Shown here: positions 1 to 13,925 of the stretch, in pieces | Layout of the letters: the number at the start of each line of letters is the position of its first letter | How positions within the stretch are numbered: the first letter of the stretch is position 1 | DNA from: Escherichia coli | Lineage (GTDB): Bacteria; Pseudomonadota; Gammaproteobacteria; Enterobacterales; Enterobacteriaceae | DNA length: 64,000 bases | Direction: 5' to 3' (one strand) | NCBI RefSeq assembly: GCF_965641715.1 | Contig: NZ_OZ282453.1 | Made by a program: the position numbers and the translations under genes | The notes under the pieces: model-generated | What the model was told of the DNA's origin: nothing | The model's database searches: none | Seen by the model: only the letters and a program-made list of their open reading frames with translations

Positions 1-396
1 ACGGAAAATTCCACTGTCAGTCCCTCCATTAGGCATGAACAATGAGTCTACGTTAAAACGTAACCTCAAATTAGTATGTGGATTTTGATATCACTTATGC
101 AAAAATTTCATTAATAATAGGGGACTGTAATTTCTCTATTATGGGAAAAATGAAGCAGACACAATGAGATTAATGACAAGCACAAAATTGCCCGATGCGC
201 TATGATTATCATGCCGACCAGAGAATCGCAATATATTGAATTTTCGCTATTTTTTAGGCGAGATAAGTTCCAGCATGCACAACCAGCGTTTGTCAAAAAT
301 CTGAGATACTGTCAGTCGCCTGGCCTCGGACCTTTCTGTTTTTGATACACTTATAGCCTTTGTCATACGAAAAATGTGCGAAATGGCGAAGGGTAA

Positions 397-1260
397 ATGG
401 AGAATGTTATGATCAGGCAGAAGATTTTGCAGCAACTCCTGGAGTGGATTGAGTGCAATCTCGAGCACCCTATCTCAATCGAAGATATCGCACAGAAATC
501 TGGCTACAGTAGACGCAATATCCAGCTCCTGTTCAGAAACTTCATGCATGTGCCGCTGGGAGAATACATTCGCAAACGAAGACTTTGCCGGGCAGCTATT
601 CTTGTCCGACTGACAGCGAAATCTATGCTTGATATTGCACTATCTTTGCATTTTGATTCACAGCAGTCATTCAGTCGTGAATTTAAAAAATTATTCGGAT
701 GCACTCCCCGAGAATACCGGCTCCGTGATTATTGGGATCTGGAAAATATCTTCCCTCCATTTTTAGCACGCCAACATCAAAAAACTGATTGCACATTAAT
801 CCATTTCCCAGAAACACGTATTTTTGGCAATGCATTTAAATATGATGTTGAAATATCGAATAAATCACCGGATGAAGAAGTTAAACTGCGACGTCATTAT
901 TTAGCCAGATATATGAAGAATTTTAAGACGGATATCTATTTCGTCTCAACGTTTAAACCATCAACAAAGTCGGTCGATTTACTCACAGTTGAAAGCTTTG
1001 CTGGTACGGTATGTGAACATGCTGACATGCCGAAAGAGTGGACAACGACCCGAGGACTTTATGCCTCTTTCCGTTATGAAGGAAACTGGAAACATTACTC
1101 TGACTGGGTGCGGAACATCTATCTAATAGAGTTGCCTGCAAGAGGGTTAGCCAGAGTGAACGGCAGCGATATTGAGCGCTTTTATTACAATGAAGATTTC
1201 GTAGAAAAGGATTGCAATGATGTTGTTTGCGAAATTTTTATCCCCGTTCGTCCTCTTTAG
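397..1260 (+). CDS. ykgA: AraC/XylS-family regulator, Rob-like (N-terminal HTH, C-terminal GyrI-like domain)
   Basis: 287-aa ORF; AraC-type double HTH in residues ~10-110 followed by a GyrI-like C-terminal region; position next to eaeH as I recall for K-12. Confidence 0.7.
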   Translation: MENVMIRQKILQQLLEWIECNLEHPISIEDIAQKSGYSRRNIQLLFRNFMHVPLGEYIRKRRLCRAAILVRLTAKSMLDIALSLHFDSQQSFSREFKKLFGCTPREYRLRDYWDLENIFPPFLARQHQKTDCTLIHFPETRIFGNAFKYDVEISNKSPDEEVKLRRHYLARYMKNFKTDIYFVSTFKPSTKSVDLLTVESFAGTVCEHADMPKEWTTTRGLYASFRYEGNWKHYSDWVRNIYLIELPARGLARVNGSDIERFYYNEDFVEKDCNDVVCEIFIPVRPL

Positions 1261-1287
1261 CCTGTAACTCCATCACATGAGATTTAC

Positions 1288-1323
1288 CCTACCCTGCCAC
1301 CGTCTAATCGGTAGCAGGGTAGG
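1288..1323. terminator. Hairpin between convergent ykgA and eaeH (10-bp stem cctaccctgc/gcagggtagg, 16-nt loop)
   Basis: Perfect inverted repeat read directly; sits between two convergent stop codons; no clear U-run. Confidence 0.35.
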
Positions 1324-1384
1324 TATTCAGTAAATAATGGCGCTGCGCATGTCAACGCCATTATTATTTATTACATCGTCGCTT

Positions 1385-4300
1385 TTATTTCTCCTCCGCG
1401 TCTTCAGTCTCTGCAGCAACGGCGTTAATTGTCACCTTCACAGGCGTCATTTCGTACCCGCCATACGTCAGTGCGTTGAATGTGAACGTATAGACACCTG
1501 GCTTGCTGGTACTAAATGTACGCGTGATTTTCCCACCTGAGAAATGGTCAGCCTTCGACGGCAGGAATTGATAATCCTTCTCCGTCACTCCTTCCGGAGC
1601 CTCAATGTCGACCCACATACTTCCTCCTACGGGATTGACTCCCGCCATCAGGGTAACCGTCATTGTTGCAGTAGTCTTCCCGTCCGCCACCAGAGAATCT
1701 ACACGTTCTGGAGATGCGGCGAGCACCGCGTTTTTATCATCCGCGACGAATTTAGATTCAGCAGTTTTCGTCGATACCTGACCGTTGGCCTGTTCCACTT
1801 TCGCCGTGAGTGTATATGTCGCTGCGATAGTGGTAGAGCCGGTGAAAACAGCCTGTCCTTGCTCATTAGTTTTCGCCGTCCCTTTAGGATCCAGAACTAA
1901 ATTTTCCGAGCTGGCAGTCAGCGTCACGTCGCTATCCTTCAACAGGTTGTTATTGGCATCAGTCACCGTAACTTTATACGTTTGTTTGGTTTTGCCATCC
2001 GCCACTGCACGGTTGCCAATCACCTCAATACTGGAGATGGTCGCCGTAGTCTTATCGGCCACAAACGTTACAGACTGCGCATTTGAAGGCTGGTCATTTC
2101 CTGCCGACGCCGTGATCTCATACGTTCCGGCAGTCACGGAGACCACTTTCAGTTCCGCTTTACCCTCCTTGTCGGCGTTCACCATGATATTACCGTCTGC
2201 AAGCGGTTTGACGCCCCGAGGCAGATTAAAGACGACCACAGCGCCAGGCAGAAGGTTGCCGTATTGATCCTTAACCGTTGCCGTCAGCGTAAAGGCATCA
2301 TTGTCGTTTGCCACTTTTGGCGTGCTGCCATCAACCTCCAGGGTCGCCTGACCGGTACTGAAATCCGCCTTGAATTTCACCGTAACCGTCTTCTGAGCAT
2401 TATTCACTGAGGCCGTGATGCTGTGTTCCCCGGCAACCGTTGACATAAGCTCAATGTCCACTTTCCCTGCCGCATTGGTTGTTACTGTATTCCCCGTCTT
2501 GCTGGTCACACCCTGCGGTAAAGTCAGCGTAACTTCTTGCCCCTGCAACGGGTTACCATAGCTGTCCACGACGGTCAGGGTTATCTGGTTAGCAGACTGT
2601 CCATTAGCCAGTTGGTTATTAACCTTCACTGTCATATCACGAATCTCAGCCTTAGATGCGTCACCTGCAACGTTCAGCACCAGTGGCTGAGCAACGGCAT
2701 TTTGGCCGTTCACTCGCGGCATCACAGACAACTGACCCGCGGCAGATCCCAGCGTTAAGGTCGACACGTAGACCCCATTACCTTTCTCTGTCCAGTTTCC
2801 TGCTGAAGGACGCTCACTCCCCGTGCTGGCGGCACCGCTAAACACTGGTGCATCTGGCTTCAGCCCGGTGACCGGGTTCCCGTACGCATCCTTCACGGTG
2901 AAGGTGAGTTCCGTCGTCGTTTTGACGGTCGGAGCCTTATTGTCCGCAACAAGCGTAGAGTTCGCTGATGACATCTCTCCGGCGATGACCGTCAACTGCG
3001 CGGCTTCGGTGGCTGCTGGCTGGCCGTTGAAGAGAGGCATGACGCGAAGCTCGCCCGTCTTTCCACCTGTAGTCAACGTAGCAACATAGGAACCGTTACC
3101 TTTTTCGGTCCAACTGGAAACGGTCGCCCCTTCAGAGGCGGTCCCCGTCAAACTTGCCGACAACGCAAGACCACTGATAGCGTTGCCATGCGCATCTTTC
3201 GCCACCAGCGTCACGGTTGTGCTTTCGCCGGCTTTTACGTGATCTTCTGCGACAGAGACTTTCGACTGGTTTGAAGATAACGCATCAGCCACCACGGTTA
3301 CTTTTGCCGCATTTGCTGCCGCATTCTGTCCATTTAGCTTCGGCATAACTTCTAATTCACCCGCCGTAGAGCCGAGAGTAATCTGCGCAGTCCACGTCCC
3401 ATCACCATTATTTGTCCAGCCCGATGCCGTAGAACCTTCAGCAGCGGCACCCGCTAATGACGGCGCTTCCGGCGTGAGGCTGGTCACAGGGTTGTCATAG
3501 GCATCTTTTACCGTCCAGATTGCCGTAACTGTACCCCCAACCACCGGTTTATCAGGATTCAGGGTGATGGACGAATGTGCTGCATCAAGCGGCCCGGCAA
3601 CAAACTTCAGCGTTTGTTGTAATGTGCCCAGCTGATACTGCTCGCTGAAAGCACGCACAACAACGTTTCCGGCACGGGTCGAAGAAACCGTGGCGCTGTA
3701 AACGCCTGGTTTTATTTCCGAAATGGCACCAACGGTTACACCATTAGTGTCTTGCGGAACAAATCGCAAGCGGCTGGCTTCTCCCGTCACCGGATTACCC
3801 TCGGAGTCCACCGCAGTCAACGTCAACGTATAGGCTTGCTGACCATCAGCAACCACGTCACCTGACGGCTCGTTAGCGCTCAGGGTGGAGTTTGCCACAT
3901 CCATCATCGTGGCCCGCAGTTCTGCAGTGACGGTTTTGCTCATGCCATCAACGCTAACAGTAATCGTTGCCTCACCTGACTGCGTTCCGGTAGTAAAGAC
4001 AGACTGATACACCCCTGCTTCAGTTTCGGTGAACTCACCCAGTGTTGGCTTTGCCTGTGATTTAGTGGCCTTCAGGGAACGAGTCACAATATTTCCAGCC
4101 GGTTTGAAAGTTAGTTCAGTCTTGATCTGATCTTTCATGCCCGTGACTGGCTGGCCCTCGGCGTCGCGCAGAGACAGCACCAGCGGTTTTTGCTCATTAC
4201 CGTTAGCAAGCATTTGAATACGGCTCTGACCGTCAAGCGTTAACGCCGTGCGATCGGCGCTCATACCTGCTCCGGTAATGACCACCTCTGTCTGCACGCG

Positions 4301-5635
4301 TTTTGAGGCATTGTCTTTGTTATCGTAGGCAACCGCAGAAATCGCATAATAATTGTCTTTGCCTGGACGATAAGCCGGGAGCGTTACTTGCCACTGACTA
4401 CCCTGACCGGTAATTTTGCCACCTTCAGCCAGTAATGACGGCGCTTCCCACTGCACATTTTTCAGTCCGTGAGTTGCTTTGCTGACCACAAGCCCCAGGG
4501 AAAGTGTCTGACCGCCCTTGCCTTCAATACGTTCAGGCAGAGCAATACGGATCACTTCAGATTTGCGGTACTCAAGAACGATGTTGTTATTACGCTCAAC
4601 CAGGTCATAGCGGCTGCCTGCCAGCATTCGACGCTCGCGAATGCTGTCTGTATCGAGTTGTTTCTCCAGAGGTTCGCCAATCCGATAATTAACTTCCAGG
4701 CCAAAGCGAGTGTCATTCTCACCACTCTTGCCCTGCTTATGCCCGGCACTCAGGGTCAGAAGAGGTACTGGCGTGTAATTCACTTCAGCGGTAATCGCAT
4801 GTGGATCTTTCTGGCGTTTATCTTTGCCAAACAGCCCGACTTCATCGCCATAATACTGCTCATACATCAGGCTTGCGCCAAGCTGCGGCCAGGCGGGTAA
4901 ATAGCCCTCAGCACGAATATCCCAGCCATTCGCCGGGCGTTCCTGATAATCCTCAACATCCGGCGATTTTTTCCAGCCAGAAGCCCGAATATAACCATTG
5001 GCGCTCAGTTTCAGATAATCGCGCCAGTATTCCGCACCAACACCAATGCGGGTATGACTACGGGATAAATCATGGTCGATAAAGGTGTTCACCCCCGCCA
5101 TCCAGTCATTTCCTGAAAAATGACGCCAGCCAAAACCAATATTTGACTGAGTACGATCGTCTGTACGATGTATTGCTCCCTGAGTGAACAACATATTTGT
5201 TGGCGTATCATAAATCGGATAAAGCATTTCCAGCGAAGAATCCTTCAGCGAGAAATCTTTATCGACATTCAGTTTGACGCGCGCAGTACCGTATTTCCCG
5301 AGCCACTCCTGTATTTCCTGGTTAGCTTTAGCGGTGGCCATTCCGGTAATAAAATTACGTGTCGCATCGCTATCTGGCTGACTGCTTAAAAATGTCCCGG
5401 CATTTGCGGCAAACGACGCGACATTTTTCTCCACGTTATTATCAGCAGTTACCGTAGTATTTCCCATGCTCAACCGTGGCTGAACAGCATGCTGCGCACG
5501 TGCCGCCATTACTGGGGTAAAAGTGACTGCGAGTGGAAAAAGAACCTGAACAGAGATATTTGCCCACGCCACGCAGCGGGCCAGAACTGAATAACGAAAT
5601 CGTGGTTGTTTATGACCTGTTTTATAACGTGACAT
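1385..5635 (-). CDS. eaeH: Intimin/invasin-family inverse-autotransporter adhesin with tandem Ig-like (Big) repeats, FdeC/EaeH-like
   Basis: 1416-aa ORF; N-terminal signal-like region and beta-barrel segment; more than 8 repeated xT(L/V)TxxDxxGNPVTG motifs and repeated GEL(E/R)VMPxxNGQ motifs. Confidence 0.8.
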   Translation of the reverse strand: MSRYKTGHKQPRFRYSVLARCVAWANISVQVLFPLAVTFTPVMAARAQHAVQPRLSMGNTTVTADNNVEKNVASFAANAGTFLSSQPDSDATRNFITGMATAKANQEIQEWLGKYGTARVKLNVDKDFSLKDSSLEMLYPIYDTPTNMLFTQGAIHRTDDRTQSNIGFGWRHFSGNDWMAGVNTFIDHDLSRSHTRIGVGAEYWRDYLKLSANGYIRASGWKKSPDVEDYQERPANGWDIRAEGYLPAWPQLGASLMYEQYYGDEVGLFGKDKRQKDPHAITAEVNYTPVPLLTLSAGHKQGKSGENDTRFGLEVNYRIGEPLEKQLDTDSIRERRMLAGSRYDLVERNNNIVLEYRKSEVIRIALPERIEGKGGQTLSLGLVVSKATHGLKNVQWEAPSLLAEGGKITGQGSQWQVTLPAYRPGKDNYYAISAVAYDNKDNASKRVQTEVVITGAGMSADRTALTLDGQSRIQMLANGNEQKPLVLSLRDAEGQPVTGMKDQIKTELTFKPAGNIVTRSLKATKSQAKPTLGEFTETEAGVYQSVFTTGTQSGEATITVSVDGMSKTVTAELRATMMDVANSTLSANEPSGDVVADGQQAYTLTLTAVDSEGNPVTGEASRLRFVPQDTNGVTVGAISEIKPGVYSATVSSTRAGNVVVRAFSEQYQLGTLQQTLKFVAGPLDAAHSSITLNPDKPVVGGTVTAIWTVKDAYDNPVTSLTPEAPSLAGAAAEGSTASGWTNNGDGTWTAQITLGSTAGELEVMPKLNGQNAAANAAKVTVVADALSSNQSKVSVAEDHVKAGESTTVTLVAKDAHGNAISGLALSASLTGTASEGATVSSWTEKGNGSYVATLTTGGKTGELRVMPLFNGQPAATEAAQLTVIAGEMSSANSTLVADNKAPTVKTTTELTFTVKDAYGNPVTGLKPDAPVFSGAASTGSERPSAGNWTEKGNGVYVSTLTLGSAAGQLSVMPRVNGQNAVAQPLVLNVAGDASKAEIRDMTVKVNNQLANGQSANQITLTVVDSYGNPLQGQEVTLTLPQGVTSKTGNTVTTNAAGKVDIELMSTVAGEHSITASVNNAQKTVTVKFKADFSTGQATLEVDGSTPKVANDNDAFTLTATVKDQYGNLLPGAVVVFNLPRGVKPLADGNIMVNADKEGKAELKVVSVTAGTYEITASAGNDQPSNAQSVTFVADKTTATISSIEVIGNRAVADGKTKQTYKVTVTDANNNLLKDSDVTLTASSENLVLDPKGTAKTNEQGQAVFTGSTTIAATYTLTAKVEQANGQVSTKTAESKFVADDKNAVLAASPERVDSLVADGKTTATMTVTLMAGVNPVGGSMWVDIEAPEGVTEKDYQFLPSKADHFSGGKITRTFSTSKPGVYTFTFNALTYGGYEMTPVKVTINAVAAETEDAEEK

Positions 5636-6185
5636 TGAGATAATTTCCTGATGAACGAATTAACGAACATAGGCAGACACAAATAATGGCGTCTGCTTGT
5701 CAGAAAAACCGGGGATTTCCCGATTTCCTTTTCCGCAGAAAAGGAAATACCTTTATGTAAGAAAGTGCACCGCCACCTAATATATCCAGTGTCTGTAGCC
5801 ACTCATCAGGTGGTTGGGCGCGGGATTATATTTTTATTTATGGGTGAAAATTTAGCTTTTTGTGCAAGTCATTAAATAGATACCTAAGTTATATTTTTTA
5901 CTCTGCGGACAGTGAATAATTCATTATTCAGAGTGAATAATAATGGCCTGCCTTTAATTAACAACTATTGGAAATACGTCGAAGTAGGTATATACGCCAG
6001 GATAAACCGATATATTTTTTATGGATATTCATTTTCCTTTATCGGACTGTAAATTGCGGGGATATCGAACTTGTACTACTCATCTCAACACTCAAACAGA
6101 TTTATGAATTTCGTTCATAACCCCTGACAAATCCTGCCGTCTAATCGAGCTCTTCTCTTTACGTTATGCTTCTCATGAACGATAA

Positions 6186-9052
<2,867 letters not shown>

Positions 9053-9192
9053 CTATTATTTTAGCCACATTATTAGTAACAATGATAATCTGGCTGTATC
9101 GAAAATAATTCTAAACTTTCAGGAGATTTATTATGAATAAACGTATCCTCACGATTGTGCCATTCTTCTTACCGATATTCTGACACATATCA

Positions 9193-10119
9193 TCAATTTT
9201 CGAGTTTTACTCTTTTCTCCACCATAAAATCAATAAAAGCACGAACTTTAGAGGGCATTCTCACCCGTGATGAAACATAAATATAAAATCCAGGAAATGA
9301 AACAGCCCAATCCTCAAGAATCGGCTGTAACTTGCCCGCATTGATATGTTCAGCGATTGCAAAATCCAGATGTTGAATGATACCCGTTCCATTCAGCGCC
9401 ATTCGTATCATGCTTTCGTCATCATTAGAAATATACTTACCTGAAACCTCTATTTCGAACTCTTCATTACCCCCCACAACATTAGAAAACTCCCATGCAG
9501 AGAGTGCACCGCTACTTTTATGCCGCAACCGAAGGCAATTATGGTTACTCAGTTCCTGAGGCGTTTCAGGAATACCGTGTTCTTTTAAATAATCTGGCGA
9601 TGCCACAGTAACCAGTTTAATAAGCGGAGAAACAGGAACGGCAGTCATATGCTCATCCAGTCCTTGCTCAAGACGTATGCCCACATCACAGCCGTCCGCA
9701 ATAATGTTAGATAAACCGTCATCCATAATGAGTTCTATCTTTGTTTTGGGGTAACGAGTAAGAAACTCGCCAATATGAGGCTCAACAAGCATCCGTGCTG
9801 CAACACGGGAGGAATTTATTCTCAACAGGCCTGTAGGTTCAAGTTGGGTATCACCAACATCTTTCAAAGCATCATCAATTTGCCCCAAAGCCGACACCAG
9901 CACTTCATACAGACGCTGTCCTTCCTCAGTAAGCGACATATTGCGGGTCGTACGGTATATCAGCTTGGTGTTAAGACGTTCCTCAAGAGATTTTAAATTC
10001 TGGGACAATGCGGCCCGCGTAATACCCATTTCAGAAGCGGCTCTGGAAAAACTGCCGGCACGAACAATCAGCGCAAACCAGGCAAGAGAAGGCAAAATTG
10101 AAGGCTCTATTTTCATCAT
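9193..10119 (-). CDS. LysR-family transcriptional regulator
   Basis: HTH FSRAASEMGITRAALSQNLK; divergent from the hydrolase gene at 10276; start chosen at internal Met. Confidence 0.75.
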   Translation of the reverse strand: MMKIEPSILPSLAWFALIVRAGSFSRAASEMGITRAALSQNLKSLEERLNTKLIYRTTRNMSLTEEGQRLYEVLVSALGQIDDALKDVGDTQLEPTGLLRINSSRVAARMLVEPHIGEFLTRYPKTKIELIMDDGLSNIIADGCDVGIRLEQGLDEHMTAVPVSPLIKLVTVASPDYLKEHGIPETPQELSNHNCLRLRHKSSGALSAWEFSNVVGGNEEFEIEVSGKYISNDDESMIRMALNGTGIIQHLDFAIAEHINAGKLQPILEDWAVSFPGFYIYVSSRVRMPSKVRAFIDFMVEKRVKLEN

Positions 10120-10275
10120 TGTAAACCTTAACTTAACACTGTGATAGATATTAGACCATTGATGATAACCAATACAAGTCATACTATTACGCCGTTCTCG
10201 ATATGAACACGAATGCCAGTTGCGGATAATAGAAATGATATTTAAATCTGTTTAGGCAAATCCCCGGAGCTTGAA

Positions 10276-11196
10276 ATGAAAACTGTTTCGATAAAACACA
10301 CTTACTGGGATATAGCTGCTGATATCTATTTCCCTGACGATTTTAATAGTGAAAAAAAGTATCCTGCCATTATCAGCGCCCATCCAATTGGAAGCTGCAA
10401 AGAACAGACATCGGGTAGTGTGTATGGTGCCGCCCTGGCAAAAGCTGGCTTTATCGTCATTGCTTTTGATGCCAGTTTTCAGGGTAGCAGCGGTGGGGAA
10501 CCGCGTTATCAGGAAGATCCAACAATGCGAGTAAAAGACTTCAGCATTGTCGTTGATTACCTTACCAGCTTACCTTACGTTGATGCCGGGCGTATTGGTG
10601 TACTGGGTATTTGTGGTGGAGGTGGATATGCCATTAATGCCGCAATGACAGAACGTCGAATTAAAGCTATTGGTACTGTCACGGGTGCAAACTACGGGCG
10701 TCTTATGCGTGAGGGATTTACAGCGTTTAATCCTATCGGAGCACTCGAAGCAATAGCGCAACAAAGAACAGACGAAGCTAACGGCGCAAAACTTCGCGTA
10801 GATGATTTACTCCCCTCTTCTCCGGATGCAGCTCTTGAAGCGGGATTAACAGAAATAGACCTTTTTGAAGCCACAGAATATTATCGTTCGCCACGAGGCT
10901 GTGCACCTAATGGGGTAAATCGTTCGCTATTCTCACATCAGACTGTTGCCGTGGGTTGGGATGCATTTCATCTTGCAGAAGTGCTGTTAACTCAACCAAT
11001 AATGGTTGTGGTGGGCGATAGAGTGGGCGCATTTGGTGCCTACCGTGACGGCTGCGAAATTATTGGCCGCGCTGCTTCAAAACATAAAGAGCTGGTCGTG
11101 GTTGAAGGTTATTCACATTACGACCTGTATGATAAGCCAGAACCTGTGAAACAGGCACTCGATAAATTAATTCCTTTTTATAAAACACATTTGTAA
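10276..11196 (+). CDS. Alpha/beta-fold hydrolase (dienelactone-hydrolase-like), cytoplasmic paralog
   Basis: 306 aa; nucleophile-elbow-like GICGGGG; C-terminal HYDLYD; paralog of the ORF at 29996-31132. Confidence 0.6.
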   Translation: MKTVSIKHTYWDIAADIYFPDDFNSEKKYPAIISAHPIGSCKEQTSGSVYGAALAKAGFIVIAFDASFQGSSGGEPRYQEDPTMRVKDFSIVVDYLTSLPYVDAGRIGVLGICGGGGYAINAAMTERRIKAIGTVTGANYGRLMREGFTAFNPIGALEAIAQQRTDEANGAKLRVDDLLPSSPDAALEAGLTEIDLFEATEYYRSPRGCAPNGVNRSLFSHQTVAVGWDAFHLAEVLLTQPIMVVVGDRVGAFGAYRDGCEIIGRAASKHKELVVVEGYSHYDLYDKPEPVKQALDKLIPFYKTHL

Positions 11197-11440
11197 TAAT
11201 TTTACAGGGAGATTTCTTATCTCCCTTATATTTATCCTTTACTGACTACACAACAATAATAAAATTACTCAAAAAGAAATTTCATTAAAGAAACAAAAAA
11301 GCAGCAACTCAATTATTAAGATTATTAGAAACCCTTTGAAGGGATTATAAATAAAGCCAGAAATCTTGGTTCCAAAGCTGGCAACAACTAACCAGTTAAA
11401 ACATACGCATCAAAATCAGATAAACATTTGAGGTATTGTT

Positions 11441-12583
11441 ATGACAAATAAACACCCATCATTGTTTTCTCCTTTTATGCTGACAGAAAAAATAAAGCTA
11501 CGTAATCGTATCGTTATGGCTCCTATGACGACCTGGTCAGCGAATCCTGATGGAACCATCTCTGAGCAAGAACTCGAATTTTATAAACGCCGCTCACAAA
11601 ATGTTGGTTTAGTAATAACAGGATGTACCTATGTCACGCCAAGCGGCATTGGGTTTACTCATGAATTTGCCGCGTATGACGACCGTTTCATTAACAGCCT
11701 TGAAAAGTTAGCAGCGGCAGCCAAAAGTGGGGGTGCTCCGGCTATTTTGCAGATTTTCCACGCCGGTAATAAAGCCATCCCGGAGCTTGTACCAAATAAC
11801 GATGTTATTAGTGCCAGCGCATCAAGCGTAAAATCTGGTGACTTTATGAAGAGAGTGGTACAAAGCAGGGAAATGACTGAAAACGAAATTCAGGAAACCA
11901 TTAGAGCATTCGGAGATGTCACAAAAAGGGCGATTAAAGCAGGTTTTGATGGCATTGAACTTCATGGTGCGCACGGATTCCTTCTACAGAATTTCTTCTC
12001 CCCTCTATTTAACCAGCGTAATGACCGATGGGGAGGAGATCTCGAAGGACGTATGCGCTTCCCGCTGGCCGTATTACAGGAAGTAAAAAATGTAGTCTAT
12101 GAATATGCGACAAAGCCCTTTGCCATCGGTTACAGAATATCTCCTGAAGAATCTGCAACAGGGGGGCTGCGGATAGAGGATACTTATAAACTCCTTGATC
12201 GGCTCATTTCATCCGGTATTTCGTATATACATACCTCGCTGGTCAGTATTAACGAAAGCTACCCTGTTGAGTCGCCAAATGGCCCCCGAACTATTGAATT
12301 GATTTTAAATCATATTGCAGGCAGAGTGCCGGTAATCGCTGCAGGTAAAATACGCACACCGTCTCAGGCTCAAGAAGCAATTTCCACTGGCCTGCCACTT
12401 GTTGCGATCGGTAAAGGGCTGGTGATAAATCCAGAATGGGTGACTTTAGCTGAATCAGGTAGAGGCCATGAAATTCAAACAACCCTTAATCCACAACTTG
12501 TTCCTGAATTAACCATTCCGGATAAACTATGGGATCAAATTCAGGCATCGAAAGGAACTGGCTGGTTTCCGTTAATGGATTAA
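11441..12583 (+). CDS. NADH:flavin oxidoreductase, Old Yellow Enzyme family
   Basis: 380 aa; OYE-like motifs (HGAHGFLLQNFFSP, TIM-barrel pattern). Confidence 0.75.
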   Translation: MTNKHPSLFSPFMLTEKIKLRNRIVMAPMTTWSANPDGTISEQELEFYKRRSQNVGLVITGCTYVTPSGIGFTHEFAAYDDRFINSLEKLAAAAKSGGAPAILQIFHAGNKAIPELVPNNDVISASASSVKSGDFMKRVVQSREMTENEIQETIRAFGDVTKRAIKAGFDGIELHGAHGFLLQNFFSPLFNQRNDRWGGDLEGRMRFPLAVLQEVKNVVYEYATKPFAIGYRISPEESATGGLRIEDTYKLLDRLISSGISYIHTSLVSINESYPVESPNGPRTIELILNHIAGRVPVIAAGKIRTPSQAQEAISTGLPLVAIGKGLVINPEWVTLAESGRGHEIQTTLNPQLVPELTIPDKLWDQIQASKGTGWFPLMD

Positions 12584-13056
12584 ATATCTATTACTCTCCC
12601 GAGAGTAAAACTATCAAATCAATGAGTAACTGATACAGCCTCACAAATTCTTTCAGATAATTAACCCGTCACTGCGGCACGTTCTCTCATAAGGCGTGCC
12701 TGCAGTGTAATCCAGTATGTATCCGGCATAGTTGACGGTTTAATAGAGCTCAATTCCTCGCCCAGGTTACCAACAACGATATCTTGTATAACACCCCAGG
12801 AGATACGACATTATGATGAGATGCGATATGCTCCTCAGCGCCAATCAACGCCAGGACTGGGCCAGTCTTGAGATCAGACTCATTCCCGGAACTGACTTCA
12901 GGCGACATATATCAATGACGTTGGTGCAATAAAAGATAGCCGATGTAATACATCTATTCAAATTTGTGATACATATCAAAAAATTGGTTGACCAAACTCG
13001 TTATTTATATAAGGGCACTTACGAAGTGCGCTCTTTTTTAAAGCGAGGAAGTACCA

Positions 13057-13158
13057 ATGAAAGAGAATAAAGTACAACAAATCAGTCATAAACTGATTAA
13101 TATCGTTGTTTTTGTCGCAATTGTAGAATACGCCTATTTATTTCTCCATTTCTATTAA
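13057..13158 (+). CDS. ykgR: Small hydrophobic peptide (33 aa), YkgR-like
   Basis: ATG with GAGGA Shine-Dalgarno 8 nt upstream; 33 codons; hydrophobic C-terminal half; not in the ORF track (below 60 aa). Confidence 0.5.
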   Translation: MKENKVQQISHKLINIVVFVAIVEYAYLFLHFY

Positions 13159-13492
13159 TAACGGCAATAAACTGTTCACTTCAGTGATATTTAAAATATG
13201 CATCCTCTCCCTTTTTGTAAGTAATTATTATATCCGTGGGAGAGGAATACACGCTGTCAGGTAATCAATCATACTGCGATAAATCATCGGCCAGTAAAGT
13301 GGAGATAACCTCCATTCTCGAAAAATCCATACTCTCAGCGAAACTATCATCAATCACTCATCCAGGCGTTTATGGGAGCGTCGCCAATGGCTGTTAACAA
13401 TGCCAGAGTTCCCCGTTGAGGAAATTCCACATACCACTAATGGTCACAGGGATTGGGTGTTGAAATGATCCGGATGAGCATGTATCTTTATG

Positions 13493-13510
13493 GTTATGTT
13501 ATAACATAAC
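13493..13510. promoter_or_regulatory. Perfect 18-bp palindrome gttatgttataacataac, Zur-box-like operator upstream of rpmE2
   Basis: Read directly; matches the Zur (Fur-family) AT-rich palindrome class; ends 9-12 bp before the rpmE2 start. Confidence 0.5.
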
Positions 13511-13521
13511 AGGCAAAAATG

Positions 13522-13785
13522 ATGAAGCCCAATATCCATCCTGAGTATCGTACTGTGGTGTTCCACGACACCAGTGTTGATGAGTACTTTAAAATCGGCT
13601 CGACTATCAAAACAGACCGTGAGATTGAGCTGGATGGCGTAACGTATCCGTACGTAACAATTGATGTCTCTTCGAAATCGCACCCGTTCTATACAAGGAA
13701 GCTGAGAACAGTGGCATCAGAAGGAAATGTTGCACGGTTCACCCAACGTTTTGGTCGTTTTGTTAGCACGAAAAAGGGGGCATGA
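13522..13785 (+). CDS. rpmE2: Ribosomal protein L31 type B (zinc-independent paralog)
   Basis: 87-aa product [16 protein letters not shown], no Cys zinc ribbon; followed by rpmJ2. Confidence 0.85.
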   Translation: MKPNIHPEYRTVVFHDTSVDEYFKIGSTIKTDREIELDGVTYPYVTIDVSSKSHPFYTRKLRTVASEGNVARFTQRFGRFVSTKKGA

Positions 13786-13925
13786 TGAAAGTCCTTAACT
13801 CTCTGCGTACCGCAAAAGAACGCCATCCAGACTGTCAGATTGTGAAGCGAAAAGGACGGCTATATGTGATTTGTAAATCTAATCCACGCTTTAAGGCCGT
13901 TCAGGGTCGTAAGAAAAAACGTTGA
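13785..13925 (+). CDS. rpmJ2: Ribosomal protein L36 paralog (zinc-independent)
   Basis: 46-aa [49 protein letters not shown]; start overlaps the rpmE2 stop (tgATG); not in the ORF track. Confidence 0.8.
   Translation: MKVLNSLRTAKERHPDCQIVKRKGRLYVICKSNPRFKAVQGRKKKR

Noticed and set aside
111-468. Small minus-strand ORFs (61 and 73 aa) upstream of and overlapping the ykgA start
   Set aside because: No ribosome-binding site or recognisable motif; overlap the ykgA promoter and start.
1544-2267. Plus-strand ORFs of 118 and 160 aa inside the eaeH region
   Set aside because: Antisense to a long, well-supported 1416-aa gene; low-complexity translations typical of shadow ORFs.
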